Shown piece by piece: positions 51,851 to 64,000 of a stretch of 64,000 nucleotides of DNA. The number at the start of each line of letters is the position of its first letter. Position 1 is the stretch's first letter. A model generated the notes under the pieces. The model was given only the letters and a program-made list of their open reading frames with translations, searched no databases and had not been told where the DNA came from. The position numbers were made by a program, and so were the translations under genes. This stretch comes from Paraspadella gotoi (Eukaryota > Animalia > Chaetognatha), in assembly GCA_051294375.1 (NCBI GenBank), contig CM119263.1:2194113-2258112 (forward strand), written 5' to 3'.

Positions 51851-51896
51851 TGGTGGCAGCGGTGGGATTCGAACCCACGTCTCCGAAGAGACTGGT
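51851..51896 (-). pseudogene. 3' half of tRNA-Leu (AAG/TAG type) including the CCA tail
   Basis: Minus strand ACCAG-TCTCTTCGGAGA-C-GTGGGTTCGAATCCCAC-CGCTGCC-A-CCA = 3' anticodon stem strand, long variable arm, T arm, acceptor strand, discriminator, CCA; the 5' half is absent. Confidence 0.9.
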
Positions 51897-52537
51897 AAAA
51901 GTTTTTAGTATCTTAAATCTTTTAGAAATTTTTTAAAAATATTTTTTAACTAATATTTTTTCTTATTTTATTTTATTTTATGTTATTTTTTATTCTATGT
52001 TTTGATCAAAGCATTTTAATCATAATCATATATGGAAACAAAAATAATATGGTTTTGCTTCATAAAATAGTTTTGCAAGTACCAAAATGTTATTAGTGCC
52101 GCAGTAACAGTTCAGTTTAAGCCCTTTAAAAATGATTTATATGTATTGGCGCAGCCACTGGTTTCTTATATCTTCTCTTCTTTCTCAAAATTAATTGTTT
52201 TACTATTTTTTAGAATTAAGTTTTCTATTTTAAACATGGTTTCCTGGTTTTTTAACAGAACGGCCAAGGAAAGATAGACCGACAGACCTAAAAGAGACTC
52301 TGTGAGACGTCCAAAGTCAGCCACCGCGATAAAAAAGAAAGGAAGGAAGGAGCGCGACGTCGTTAGTCAAACAACGAGCGCCCTCTTTGTTTATAATTCG
52401 ACGAAGCTGTTCAAACAAGATGGCCGCCTTGTGAGAGAGGGCTTTAGCGATAATCATAAGGACAGACCATTCTCCAGGTTTTTACTTTTAAGATGACAAA
52501 CGAAAAGGTAAGACGACGACGATGATGTTGATGATAG

Positions 52538-52571
<34 letters not shown>

Positions 52572-52629
52572 AATGATATTTATGAAGATGATTGGCCATA
52601 GATTCTTAAATCTCTCTACATATCTCTTT

Positions 52630-52661
<32 letters not shown>

Positions 52662-55600
52662 NNNNNNNNNNNNNNNNNNNNNNNNNAAGAAAAGAAGTAG
52701 AAGGGGAGGGGAAGAGGAAAGAAAGGGATAGGGGAAGGGTGAAATGTAAGGAGAGAGGAGCAAAAGGGGAGGGGAGAAAAGGTGGGAGAAAGCGAAGAGA
52801 GGGGGGTTAGAAGGGGGAGGGGATGGAAGAAGCTGGGAGAGTTGGGTTTAGGAGACAAGGGAGGAGAGAGGAAAGTATGTGAGAGAAGGAGGAGAAAGAA
52901 ATAGGAGATTCTAGGAGAGTAACAAGGGGAAAGATGGGATGTAATGGAAGAAAAGAGGAAGCGAAACTTAGTAAGAGATATTCAGAGATGAATAGCAGGA
53001 AATATAAGGCTTAAAAAAAGTAGTTACCAGATTAAAAGAGAAAAAATTAAGAAGAGAATAGGGAATGTAGCGAAAATTATATATGTGATTCACAAAATTT
53101 TTTCTGTGAATTCAATACCTACTAGAAACTAGAATTTTTGAAGTAACATTAGAGAAATGATCTTGGATTGGATGATGAATCAGTCAGACAACAAAGAGTA
53201 AATAAGTATAAACGAGAGTATAGTATGCTATAGTTAGAGAGACAGAGATCAGAGAAATGTTGATGGGTGAGTTATAGAGATAAGAAAGATGAACGTTAAT
53301 CAGAGAAAATAATGGAGCAGAAAGGTAAAGGAGAGTAATATAGATTATCACTTTGCGTCACTTTGTTACATGTACAATGCATTCGGTGTCAGATCTTAAG
53401 AGATATGAAATAAGATGAATAATGGATTATTTGATTTTTGATTGGTTTAAATTGTAGTGTTATTCAATTTACTGTAGAATCTGACCTTTTAAGCGACATA
53501 CCAAACTGAATCAGATAAATAAAATGGCAGCTAGTGAGATAATCATTTGTCTTCTATATAACTAAAATACGGACTTAGATGATTCCAAACTCGTACTGAA
53601 TAAAGTAAATTCTATTTGTTACGACTTAATTTTTTAACTCTTCTTCGTCTCCTCGAAAAGTTGAGCGCTACAGAGATGTAGAGACAGTAGCACAAAATAG
53701 TGAAGGGGCGAAGTAGGGAGAGGCCAGACCGAAGAGAAAGAGAGAGGAGAGAGAAAGAGGGAGGAAGGAGGTGATTAGAATTGTCTTCCTTTGAAGACAA
53801 GACAGAGAAGTGAGTGAGAGGAAAGAGGAACGGAGCCGAGAGAAGGAAGAAGATTGAGAAGAGTTTTGTGTACTTTGTAGTTTTGGTCTCCTCGTAAATC
53901 TTATTTTATTCAAAAAATAAATCTTTTTTTTACGGTGTTCATTCAGTTACATCTTAGGGACGAAGAATTTTATGGCATCAATGGATGCAAGTCTGATTAG
54001 GAAAACCTTTCTTTTTTTTCTTCTATATCTATTCATCGTTTTTCCTCATTTCATCTTATTCCTTTTACTTCTTTCGTTCTTTCGTTCTTTTCTCTTTCGA
54101 ATTCTTCTTGTGCTCTCTTCATTATCTTTCTTTTTCCTTTATTTTTTTTCTCTGTTTTTTTCTTTCTTCTTCTTCCTCTCTTTTCTTCTTTTTTTTTTTG
54201 TTATAGTATTATTGCTAATTTTTTTTTATTTTTTTTTTTTTTTTTTTTTTTTTTTTGTTTTTTTTTTTTATTTTTTCTTTTTTCTTCTTTCTTTTCTCTT
54301 CTTCTTTCTTTCTTTTTTTTTGCTTTCTAAAAAACAGTCTTTTCTTCCTTCTTCTTCGTACATATCAATCTACTCATTTTATAGCACTATTATTGTTTTT
54401 TTTTTATTTTTAAACAAGAAAAAAAACTTAGTACTCCAGAAAATTTTCAGAATTAATATTTTGCAAAAATATGAACTCTTGGGTTCGGAGTTTTAAATTG
54501 AATCCATGTGCAATATACTTTTATTAAGATGTATTTATTAGGCGAGATTGGCGGAAAGAATAAGCGGTTTAATCTTCCTCAGGGCGATTGTTGGTGGATT
54601 CTTTTGGGGGGATTGGGGGGGAAGAGAAATTTGGAGAGAGGAGAGAAGAGAGATGAGGAGAATTCGAAAAGTTAAAAATTAGTCAAAATTAAGTTGGAAG
54701 TCATTAAGTCTAGTTAAATTACTACGTTAAGTTTTCCTAAAAATAGTCTAATATAAAATAATCATCATTATCATAATTATCACCATTGTCGTATAAATTA
54801 GAATATCGTATTTATTAGATTATCTAAAACCAAAATTAATCATATATAATATTGATGATAATAATAAAATTAAAAAATATAGAATTTGAAATATATAATT
54901 TTAATGAATATTTTAAAATCTGAAACTTGAAATCTTCATCATCAATATGATTATAATTTATTTTTAACTAAAAATATCAGATCTTATTTCCTTTTTACAC
55001 ATTCTTCTTTTTTATTGTCAGTGTGAAGGGAGACACAGGACTGTGCGAATAAGAGAGGCAGGCGAACAACTAAAGCACTAAAATTTTTAGATCGAGAGAA
55101 AGAGACAGAGAGAGAGAGAGAGAGAGCTTAATTTACGATTGATGCAAGATTCATTGAACGAATAAACGAATATTCTTTGTTGTAAATCTCATCGCCGCTC
55201 GATCGCCTCCCGCTTTCATCACCTCTTTTATCACCTTTGATCACCTCTTTATCACCTCTTCGATCACCTCTTTCATCACCACTTCTGATGAATAATCAGT
55301 TTCCTAAACACCCTCTCGATCACTCCTTTGATATGATCACATCATGAGTGCAACATTTTGCCTTCGTCATTTTCATTTTTTTGGGGGAGGGGGTAGTTTA
55401 TACATTTAATATTATTTTTTCAATTTTTTTTGTGACTCTTAATTTTTAAAATGTAATATTTTCTCATAGATTTAAAGTATCTCTTTCAATCGCGATTCGA
55501 ACGATTCGTCATCGTCATATATTGTAATAATCTGTGATCTGGTAAGATTGTAAAGAGGCTCCAGCAGCAAAACAGCGCCGGCGGCCGCGGAGCGACTGCA

Positions 55601-55997
55601 GCAGCCGCGGCTTTCTCTCACAGAGGTCAAGTGTGAAAGAAAATTTGAAAATCTCAGAAATGCGGTTTTGAAATTGAAAAAAAAAGCTTAAGGGGATGAA
55701 GGGCGTTTGAAACTTTTTAAAATGTGGTTAAAAAAAGGAAAGGGGCTAAATTGAAAACATTAAAACAAGGAACGGTTATTCCAAGGTGTTGCGTCGCATT
55801 ACTTTCATTTTTACTTTCTTATCCCTTGTATATCCGTGTAAATAAGATACGCTCTGCATCGACATCAGTAATCACGTCTGTTATTTTTTATTGTTTATAA
55901 GATTTCTTTAAAAACAAAAGGCGGCGCAAGCAGTCGCTTAATTTTGAGGTTTTAACAAATGATCAACAAACTATAGGTAAGTTATATGCGTTTTCAC

Positions 55998-56052
55998 CTT
56001 AAGTGGGACAGACCGACGGACAGACATACCGACCGACGGACTGACGGACCGA
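55998..56052 (-). mobile_element. Fragment related to the HINE (GTCY)n region
   Basis: AAGTGGGACAGACCGACGGACAGAC resembles AAGGTGGGACGGACGGACG at ~26048. Confidence 0.4.
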
Positions 56053-56294
56053 TGAACCAAAAAAAAAGGAATGAGAAAATGGGAAAGGAAGGTAGTAGAA
56101 CGAATAAAAAAATGCAGGATGATAGAAAAAAGGGGAATATGACAATTGAAGTAAGAGGAAGGCAGATGGAGGAATTAAAGGGGTCTGGAAGGAGCAGGAA
56201 TAAAAATGAGAAGGTGGAAGAACCAAAGAAAATATTGAATGAGGGTGAGAAGAGAGGAAAAAAAGGAAATGTGAGGAACAGGGTGAGGGAGTGA

Positions 56295-56575
56295 AAGAGG
56301 AACACGGAGAGGAAGTGGAAGAGGAAGAAGAGGAAGAAAAGGAAGTAGAAGAGGAAGTGGAAGAGGAAGAGGAAGAAGAGGAAGAAAAGAAAGTGGAAGA
56401 GGAAGAGGAATAAGAGGAAGAAAAGGAAGTTGAAGAGGAAGAGGAAGTGGAAGAGGGAGAGGAAGAAGAGGAAGACAAGAAAGTGGAAGAGGAAGAGGAA
56501 TAAGAGGAAGAGGAATAAGAGGAAGTGAAAGAGGATGAGGAAGAGGAAGAAAAGGAAGAGGAAGAGGAAGAGGAC
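56295..56575. repeat. (GAGGAA)n-type purine-rich low-complexity repeat
   Basis: GAAGAGGAA units with interspersed TAA; source of poly-Ser/Glu pseudo-ORFs. Confidence 0.85.
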
Positions 56576-57425
56576 GACCCCAAAGGTTGTAATTTACAAC
56601 GTCTACTTTTGAGAGGATGACCCACGAAAAAAAAAATGGTGATGAATGTCGGGGGAAAAGTCGACAACTCGAGGCACAAAATTATTTTAATTCGAAAATA
56701 AATTTTCGAATACAAAAAAAATCTTCGTCTGGATTTAACTTTTTNNNNNNNNNNNNNNNNNNNNNNNNNNNNNNNNNNNNNNNNNNNNNNNNNNNNNNNN
56801 NNNNNNNNNNNNNNNNNNNNNNNNNNNNNNNNNNNNNNNNNNNNNNNNNNNNNNNNNNNNNNNNNNNNNNNNNNNNNNNNNNNNNNNNNNNNNNNNNNNN
56901 NNNNNNNNNNNNNNNNNNNNNNNNNNNNNNNNNNNNNNNNNNNNNNNNNNNNNNNNNNNNNNNNNNNNNNNNNNNNNNNNNNNNNNNNNNNNNNNNNNNN
57001 NNNNNNNNNNNNNNNNNNNNNNNNNNNNNNNNNNNNNNNNNNNNNNNNNNNNNNNNNNNNNNNNNNNNNNNNNNNNNNNNNNNNNNNNNNNNNNNNNNNN
57101 NNNNNNNNNNNNNNNNNNNNNNNNNNNNNNNNNNNNNNNNNNNNNNNNNNNNNNNNNNNNNNNNNNNNNNNNNNNNNNNNNNNNNNNNNNNNNNNNNNNN
57201 NNNNNNNNNNNNNNNNNNNNNNNNNNNNNNNNNNNNNNNNNNNNNNNNNNNNNNNNNNNNNNNNNNNNNNNNNNNNNNNNNNNNNNNNNNNNNNNNNNNN
57301 NNNNNNNNNNNNNNNNNNNNNNNNNNNNNNNNNNNNNNNNNNNNNNNNNNNTTTCTTCAAGCTTCTTACGATCGATTAACCCCCAACAGAGAGTCCATCT
57401 CTCCAACGAGTTGCTCAAGAGTAGA

Positions 57426-57588
57426 GGGCTCTCTTTTCCGAGAGTGCCCGATTTCTGTTCTATCCTAAACTCTAACCCTAAACGCTACTCCCTAACCTAA
57501 ATTCTTAACCAAAATCACCAACATCAAAAATTTAAACTATAATTTCGAAATTAAGATAAAATGGGGCGTTTTCGGAAAATGAGGCCGA
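57426..57588. mobile_element. MITE-like element with degenerate TIRs and internal telomere-like hexamers
   Basis: GGCTCTCTTTTCCGAGAGTGCCCGATTT ... AAATGGGGCGTTTTCGGAAAATGAGGCC, with CTAACCCTAAAC-like repeats inside; related copies at 45457 and (reverse) 62130-62217. Confidence 0.55.
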
Positions 57589-57772
57589 GTAGAGAAGGGC
57601 GGGCGGAAAGAGGAAAGGGGAAAGGCGCCGCGCCGTAGGGGAGAAACGCAAATCTCGATTCGATAGAAAATCCGATTATGAAAACAATTGATCCATAGGG
57701 AAGATTGGCTCAAGAGAAAAGGAGAGTCTATTCTTTTTACATGGATGTACTGTACTTTTCGGTACATTATTG

Positions 57773-57807
<35 letters not shown>

Positions 57808-59080
57808 NNNNNNNNNNNNNNNNNNNNNNNNNNNNNNNNNNNNNNNNNNNNNNNNNNNNNNNNNNNNNNNNNNNNNNNNNNNNNNNNNNNNNNNNNNNNN
57901 NNNNNNNNNNNNNNNNNNNNNNNNNNNNNNNNNNNNNNNNNNNNNNNNNNNNNNNNNNNNNNNNNNTCTCTCTTTTTTTTTAAACGATGAAAAATGCAGT
58001 CGCATAAAAAAACTTTAGTAGCAAAGACGTGCGGGGCGAGAACAGCGGCTGCGACGAAAGCGGTGACGGCAGTGGCGGCGGCGGCGGCAGCGGCAGTGGC
58101 AGCGGCGGAAGTCGGCGTAATAGAGATGACAAAAATGTCATTAGATTGAGAAAAAATCCGTTATTAATGTCATTTATTATTTTCATTATGAGTTTTGGAT
58201 TTTATTTCGAAACAAACGAACTTCAAACAGAATTATATTTGATAATCCATTAATCTTTGAATTGGATTATTTTGAAGCTATACATCTTTATTTCCGAGTA
58301 GGTATATATAATACTATATATAAATTGGCAAATTAATTTCCTTTCTTTGAATTCTTTTCCAGGAATTCCCTCTCTATAAAATTTCTTTTCGTGTTCAGTT
58401 TCGTTTCGTTTCTTTGTTAATGAAGTAAAACATCAAAGTTTTTCAAAAAAAAAGTCCATTTACTTCTTTTCAAAGNNNNNNNNNNNNNNNNNNNNNNNNN
58501 NNNNNNNNNNNNNNNNNNNNNNNNNNNNNNNNNNNNNNNNNNNNNNNNNNNNNNNNNNNNNNNNNNNNNNNNNNNNNNNNNNNNNNNNNNNNNNNNNNNN
58601 NNNNNNNNNNNNNNNNNNNNNNNNNNNNNNNNNNNNNNNAGAGAGAGAGAGAGAGAACTAAAGATAGAAAAGTATAAAGTCTCTTGAGATCGGAATCCTT
58701 TAGTTCGTTTTAATCAAAACACCTGCGCAAAAAAAAAGAGAGAAAAGTCGTAATTTAAATACGAGACGAATTTGTCTCTTTTCTTTTCTTCTTTCTTTAT
58801 TTTTTCTTTCACCTTTGAGTCTTTAAAGGAGTAAAAAAGAGAGGAAGGGAGGAAGGGAGGAAGAAAAAGAGAGAGAAAAAAATACAGTTTTTGTTGTTGT
58901 TGATAACATAATTCTGCGGTTAGAAAATAAGCTAATTAGTTGAATGAAATACGACGACGACGTTAGCAATAAATATCCCAATTATTATCCGACTTCAGAA
59001 AGAAAAACTCTTTTCTTTTTTCTTTTTTTTAATATTTTGATGTAATTAATTTAAAAGATCGAGAAGACGAAGACAACGAC

Positions 59081-59112
<32 letters not shown>

Positions 59113-59414
59113 AGGATGACGTTAGTTGTCTCACGTGCAATANNNNNNNNNNNNNNNNNNNNNNNNNNNNNNNNNNNNNNNNNNNNNNNNNNNNNNNNNN
59201 NNNNNNNNNNNNNNNNNNNNNNNNNNNNNNNNNNNNNNNNNNNNNNNNNNNNNNNNNNNNNNNNNNNNNNNNNNNNNNNNNNNNNNNNNNNNNNNNNNNN
59301 NNNNNNNNNNNNNNNNNNNNNNNNNNNNNNNNNNNNNNNNNNNNNNNNNNAAGAGAAAAAAATATCTTTGTTTTTGTTTAGTCAATATTTTCCTGCAATT
59401 AATTCTAAGAGGAG

Positions 59415-59447
<33 letters not shown>

Positions 59448-60764
59448 NNNNNNNNNNNNNNNNNNNNNNNNNNNNNNNNNNNNNNNNNNNNNNNNNNNNN
59501 NNNNNNNNNNNNNNNNNNNNNNNNNNNNNNNNNNNNNNNNNNNNNNNNNNNNNNNNNNNNNNNNNNNNNNNNNNNNNNNNNNNNNNNNNNNNNNNNNNNN
59601 NNNNNNNNNNNNNNNNNNNNNNNNNNNNNNNNNNNNNNNNNNNNNNNNNNNNNNNNNNNNNNNNNNNNNNNNNNNNNNNNNNNNNNNNNNNNNNNNNNNN
59701 NNNNNNNNNNNNNNNNNNNNNNNNNNNNNNNNNNNNNNNNNNNNNNNNNNNNNNNNNNNNNNNNNNNNNNNNNNNNNNNNNNNNNNNNNNNNNNNNNNNN
59801 NNNNNNNNNNNNNNNNNNNNNNNNNNNNNNNNNNNNNNNNNNNNNNNNNNNNTCTCTCTCCCCTCCTCTTCAACCTCCTCATAATCTCTGTTCATTCGTC
59901 TCGTTTATTTCTCCTCCTTTTCGTTTTCGGGCGCCGACGTCATTTGTTTTCCTTTCGTCGCTTTTATCTTCTTTCATTTATTTCATTTATTTCATTTATA
60001 TTTTTTCATTTTATTTCATTTAATTCTTCTAGTTTCTTTTTTTTTGTTTCAATTATTTTTTTCTAATTCATTTGTTTCTTGTTTTCTTTTGNNNNNNNNN
60101 NNNNNNNNNNNNNNNNNNNNNNNNNNNNNNNNNNNNNNNNNNNNNNNNNNNNNNNNNNNNNNNNNNNNNNNNNNNNNNNNNNNNNNNNNNNNNNNNNNNN
60201 NNNNNNNNNNNNNNNNNNNNNNNNNNNNNNNNNNNNNNNNNNNNNNNNNNNNNNNNNNNNNNNNNNNNNNNNNNNNNNNNNNNNNNNNNNNNNNNNNNNN
60301 NNNTTCTTTTTGTGTTGATTATTTTGTGTTGAATTTAGTTTATATTTTGTTTTGAATAATTTTGTCTTATTTAACTATGTTAATTGTTTTGTTTTGTTTT
60401 ATTTTTTATTTTTTACAAGTTTTGCTCAATTTTGTTATTTAATATTTTTTTGTTTCTTACTCTGTTTTTTTTTTTGGGGGGGGACACTGGACAGGGATGT
60501 CATAGCAAGAAACAGTTCGATGTTTTTGTCACGGCGATTAGAAGATTCTGGGGATTCTGGGGATTCAGCGTCGGGGATCACCATCGATCCCCGGGGACTA
60601 AAAGTCCAACAAAGGTTTCCCTCCGTCGACGATCGTAAATCGGGAGTTGTTGTTGTTGTTGTTGATGTTGTTGTTTTCGGTTCTTGTGATTTTTCCTCTT
60701 CATCCAAATTTTCAGTCGTGAAGAGAAAGTGAAGAATCGAGTGTGAAGACGACGAGGTGACTGA

Positions 60765-60932
60765 GAAAGTGTGAAAGTGAAAAGTGTGACTGTGAAAGTG
60801 TGAAAGTGAAAAGTGTGACTGTGAAAGTGTGAAAGTGAAAAGTGTGATTGTGAAAGTGTGAAAGTGAAAAGTGTGACTGGGAAAGTGTGAAAGTGAAAAG
60901 TGTGACAGTTAAACTTTGAAAGTGAAAAGTGA
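60765..60932. repeat. 29-bp tandem repeat, ~5.5 copies
   Basis: GAAAGTGTGAAAGTGAAAAGTGTGACTGT unit. Confidence 0.9.
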
Positions 60933-62414
60933 AAAATATTTTCGTTATTAGTTTGTGACTCTCACCCAAGATCATTGTCCTCATTTTCCATTTCCACGTT
61001 TCTACCTCGAACGCTAGATTTTCCTGTCGCTCGATCTTCGCCCGAAGTGACTTCGCCAAAAAAGAAACGAGATTCGGCGACAAAATAAACAAAAATGAAT
61101 CTTTTTCGAATTCGTCAATCAAACGAATGAGACAATCAAGGATAATGAAGACAATCAAATTAAATGAGAAAATCGAAGAAATGAGATAAAGCAAGTGAAG
61201 ATGATAAAAAAAATGGTTGATGTTTTAAAGAGAATGAGACAATCAATTATAATGAAGAGCTATCAAAAAACTTTAAATGTTAAAGAAACTAATATAATCA
61301 AGCATATTGCAGGCAATCAGAAATTTGACTGGGTAAATAAATGAACATTCAAGTCTAATGCTGTTAATAAAACCAATGATTGTCAAAACAGATACCAAAA
61401 AAAGAAAGTTAAAGAAAAATGGACAAAGATAACTGAGATAACAAAAAAGTTGATTGTTAAATAAAATAAAAGTAAAATACAAAAAAAACAAAATTAAACC
61501 CCCCCCCCCCGATCGAAAAAATCCTCGTTTTTCATTTCGAGAAAAAAAAATAAAAAATAATAATTATGAATTTTTTTTTCATCATTTTTTTTTTATGATT
61601 CAATTGAAAAGAAAAAAATTTACGGAAAAACTTCATCAGAAAAACAAAATGAAAATGATCTTTTGCCGATCTCCCTCTGACGGCCCCGGACCGACACGCA
61701 CGACGACGACGATTAGGACGACCACGACGACGATGAAGACGATGTAGATTTACGATAATATCGTCGTTAATCGAAAATAAAACAATCGAATTAAAGTCGA
61801 ATCAAAGGAAGCGACGACACGACCGACGACAGACACGACGACGACGACGACGACGACGACGCGTTAATCCCCCGTTGTCCGGAGCCCGCAATCATAGGCC
61901 CCAGCAACCCGCAGTCAGCGGCCGCCAAGGCCGCTGCCGCCATCCCCTGTGGGCGTTGGGGACGTCCACGGGTCGCGCATAAATCTCCTAGAAGTTTTCT
62001 CCTCTGCCTCTCTCGTCTCTCTCTGTCTCTGCTCGTCTCTCTCTCTCTCTCTCTCGTCTAAAACGCTTCAGTTATTAACGGTTCATTCACGAATTCAAGC
62101 CGAAGTTCACTTCACTGATGGCGGACCAATAAAAGTTAGAGTTAGAGTTAGAAATTAGAGATCAGGGTTTAGAATAAATAAGAACAGAAATGGGACTTTC
62201 TAGAAAAAGAAGAGCCCATAATTCCTGAGGTGATGTCGTGACATGGCACGACTTGTCAGACATAAAATCCTTTTCCTTTTCTCTCTTCTGCTCCGTCTCT
62301 CTCTCTCGTCATTCTCTCTCTCATCACTCATCGCTCCGTCCATGTCTCTTGCTCCTACTCTCTCTCCATCTTCTCCTCTTGTCTCGTCCATCTCTCATCG
62401 TCTTCTAGATCACT

Positions 62415-63022
62415 CTCAATTCACCATATTGGCGAAGTCAGTGACGCCCTCGACAACAGCAAAAAAGAAAAAAAAAAACCTCGACCAGAGGCGCATTTAA
62501 CGATCGTCTGCGCGCCAACGGAAACGAAATGAGAAAAAACGAGCTCTTTTTTGTTGTCGCTCGTCGTCGTTCATTTTCATCGTCATCGTTGGACATCTGG
62601 TCATCGTCGTCGGCGTGGCGGTGCCAAACGCGTACGGCAGCCTCACAACGCATAAGACTCCATCAATGCTTCGGCGAATTCAGACCAGGTAGTTCGTCGG
62701 CAGCGCGAGCGGTTGTTCATCGAACGAAGAGAGAGAAGAGAGAGAAGAGAGAAGAAGAGAGAGAGAGAGAGGAAGAGACAGAAGAGAGAGAGAGAGAGAG
62801 AGAAGACGAGAGGAAGAGAGAGAGAGAGAAGAGAGAGAGAAAGAGAGAGAGAGAGAAGAAGAGAGAGAGAAGATGAGGAGAGTATGAAGCGAGAGCGAGC
62901 AGAAGAGAGGGTAGTTAAACCGAAGTTCTCGTTGTGAAAGGGATTAATTGGCAACTTCCTATTGGTGAATATTGAGGACATAAAACTGAATCTCTTGGCA
63001 TCAAGAGGTATCATCATCATCA

Positions 63023-63059
<37 letters not shown>

Positions 63060-63636
63060 TCATCATCATCACATCATCGTCGTCGTCGTCGTCGTCGTCG
63101 TCGTCATCCTTTTCAAGTCGAGTTGTCTAAGCGATCGTCGTCCAAAGACAGATTCCTCGCGTTCTGTCCGTCNNNNNNNNNNNNNNNNNNNNNNNNNTGT
63201 TACTCCTCTCGCTCTCTTCTCTCTCTTCACTCGCTCTTCGCTTCCTCTGCCCCTCGTCTCTTTTCTTTCCACCTCTCATCACCATATTGGGCGACAGGCA
63301 GTGACGCCCCTTGCGAACAACAGCAAAGAGAAAAGAAAAAAAAAAAAAACCTCGACCAGAGCCATTCTCCTCGTTGCGCGCCAAACGTGAACGAATGAGA
63401 AAAAACGAGGCTCTTGTTTTGTTCACTCGTCCGTCGTTCATTTTCATCGTTCGTCGTTGACATTCTGTCCATCGTACTCGGCGGTGTGGGCCGTGAGACC
63501 AATACGCGTCATGGCAGCGCTCACACACCTATAAGGATCTCCATCAATGCTTCGCGGGAATTCGGACCAAGAGGTTTCGTGCAGCGCGCGGGCGCGTGTG
63601 TGTGTTCATTCCCGAGGAAGCGAGAGAGAGAGAGGA

Positions 63637-63669
<33 letters not shown>

Positions 63670-63780
63670 GAGAGGAGAGAGAGGAGACGAAGAGGGAAGA
63701 GAAGAAGAGGAAGAGAGAGGAGAGAAGGCGAGGAGAGAGAGAGAGAGGAGAGAGAGACGGGATTGACGACGACGTTCGTG
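62415..63780. other. Noisy direct duplication (~62415-62880 vs ~63275-63780) around a 25-N gap; probable gap-fill artefact
   Basis: CACCATATTGG...CAGTGACGCCC...AAAAAACCTCGACCAGAG...CTCCATCAATGCTTCG occurs twice with dense indel differences. Confidence 0.8.
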
Positions 63781-64000
63781 GGGAGAGACGAAGGTTGATA
63801 TCGTTCAAAATCCGTCTCAATGAATGGGTGAGTGAGAGTGAGCAGTGAGAGAGATGAGAGTGTAAGTGAGAGAGAGAGGGAGAAAGACAGAGAGAAGAGG
63901 CGAGAGAGAAGACGAGAGGGGAAGACATGAGAGAGAAGAAGAGAGGACGACGACAGTAGCCGAACGAACGGACATAATACGATAAGGATGGTATGAGGCG

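Noticed and set aside
51851-51896. Functional tRNA-Leu gene
   Set aside because: The D arm, anticodon and 5' acceptor strand are absent, and CCA is encoded
48760-52480. Further possible plus-strand exons (~48770-48985, 49629-49711, 52277-52478) and a minus-strand one at ~60480-60720
   Set aside because: Some splice-like signals and open frames are present, but there is no recognisable motif or consistent chain; too weak to annotate
49802-60355. ORFs of 200-450 aa containing X runs
   Set aside because: They are open only because they cross N gaps

Overview
AT-rich, repeat-dense eukaryotic (most likely invertebrate animal) genomic DNA from a draft assembly. Many stretches have raw long-read-type indel noise, and five gaps of exactly 25 N suggest PBJelly-type gap filling, so duplications and palindromes need read-level checks. 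One gene can be reconstructed with matching splice phases: a 4-exon minus-strand gene (ATG 36723) for an approximately 450-aa type II membrane protein of the GalT/HIT branch (CxxC plus GASQIHPHLQ). Its 3' half occurs twice in the window. About 12 kb (12.8-25.0 kb) is a hierarchical AT-rich satellite that ends in a DINE-1/HINE-like Helentron derivative arranged as a ~2.4-kb inverted repeat. Other content: several minisatellites, MITEs, tRNA-derived SINE heads and a few isolated candidate exons. The most unusual element is an LTR-like unit followed by 46 nt complementary to mature tRNA-Leu, running from the CCA to the anticodon loop, which resembles an integrated read-through plus-strand strong-stop cDNA. 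No CRISPR array, rRNA, intact tRNA or prokaryotic system is supported, and most ORFs in the track are low-complexity or N-gap artefacts.
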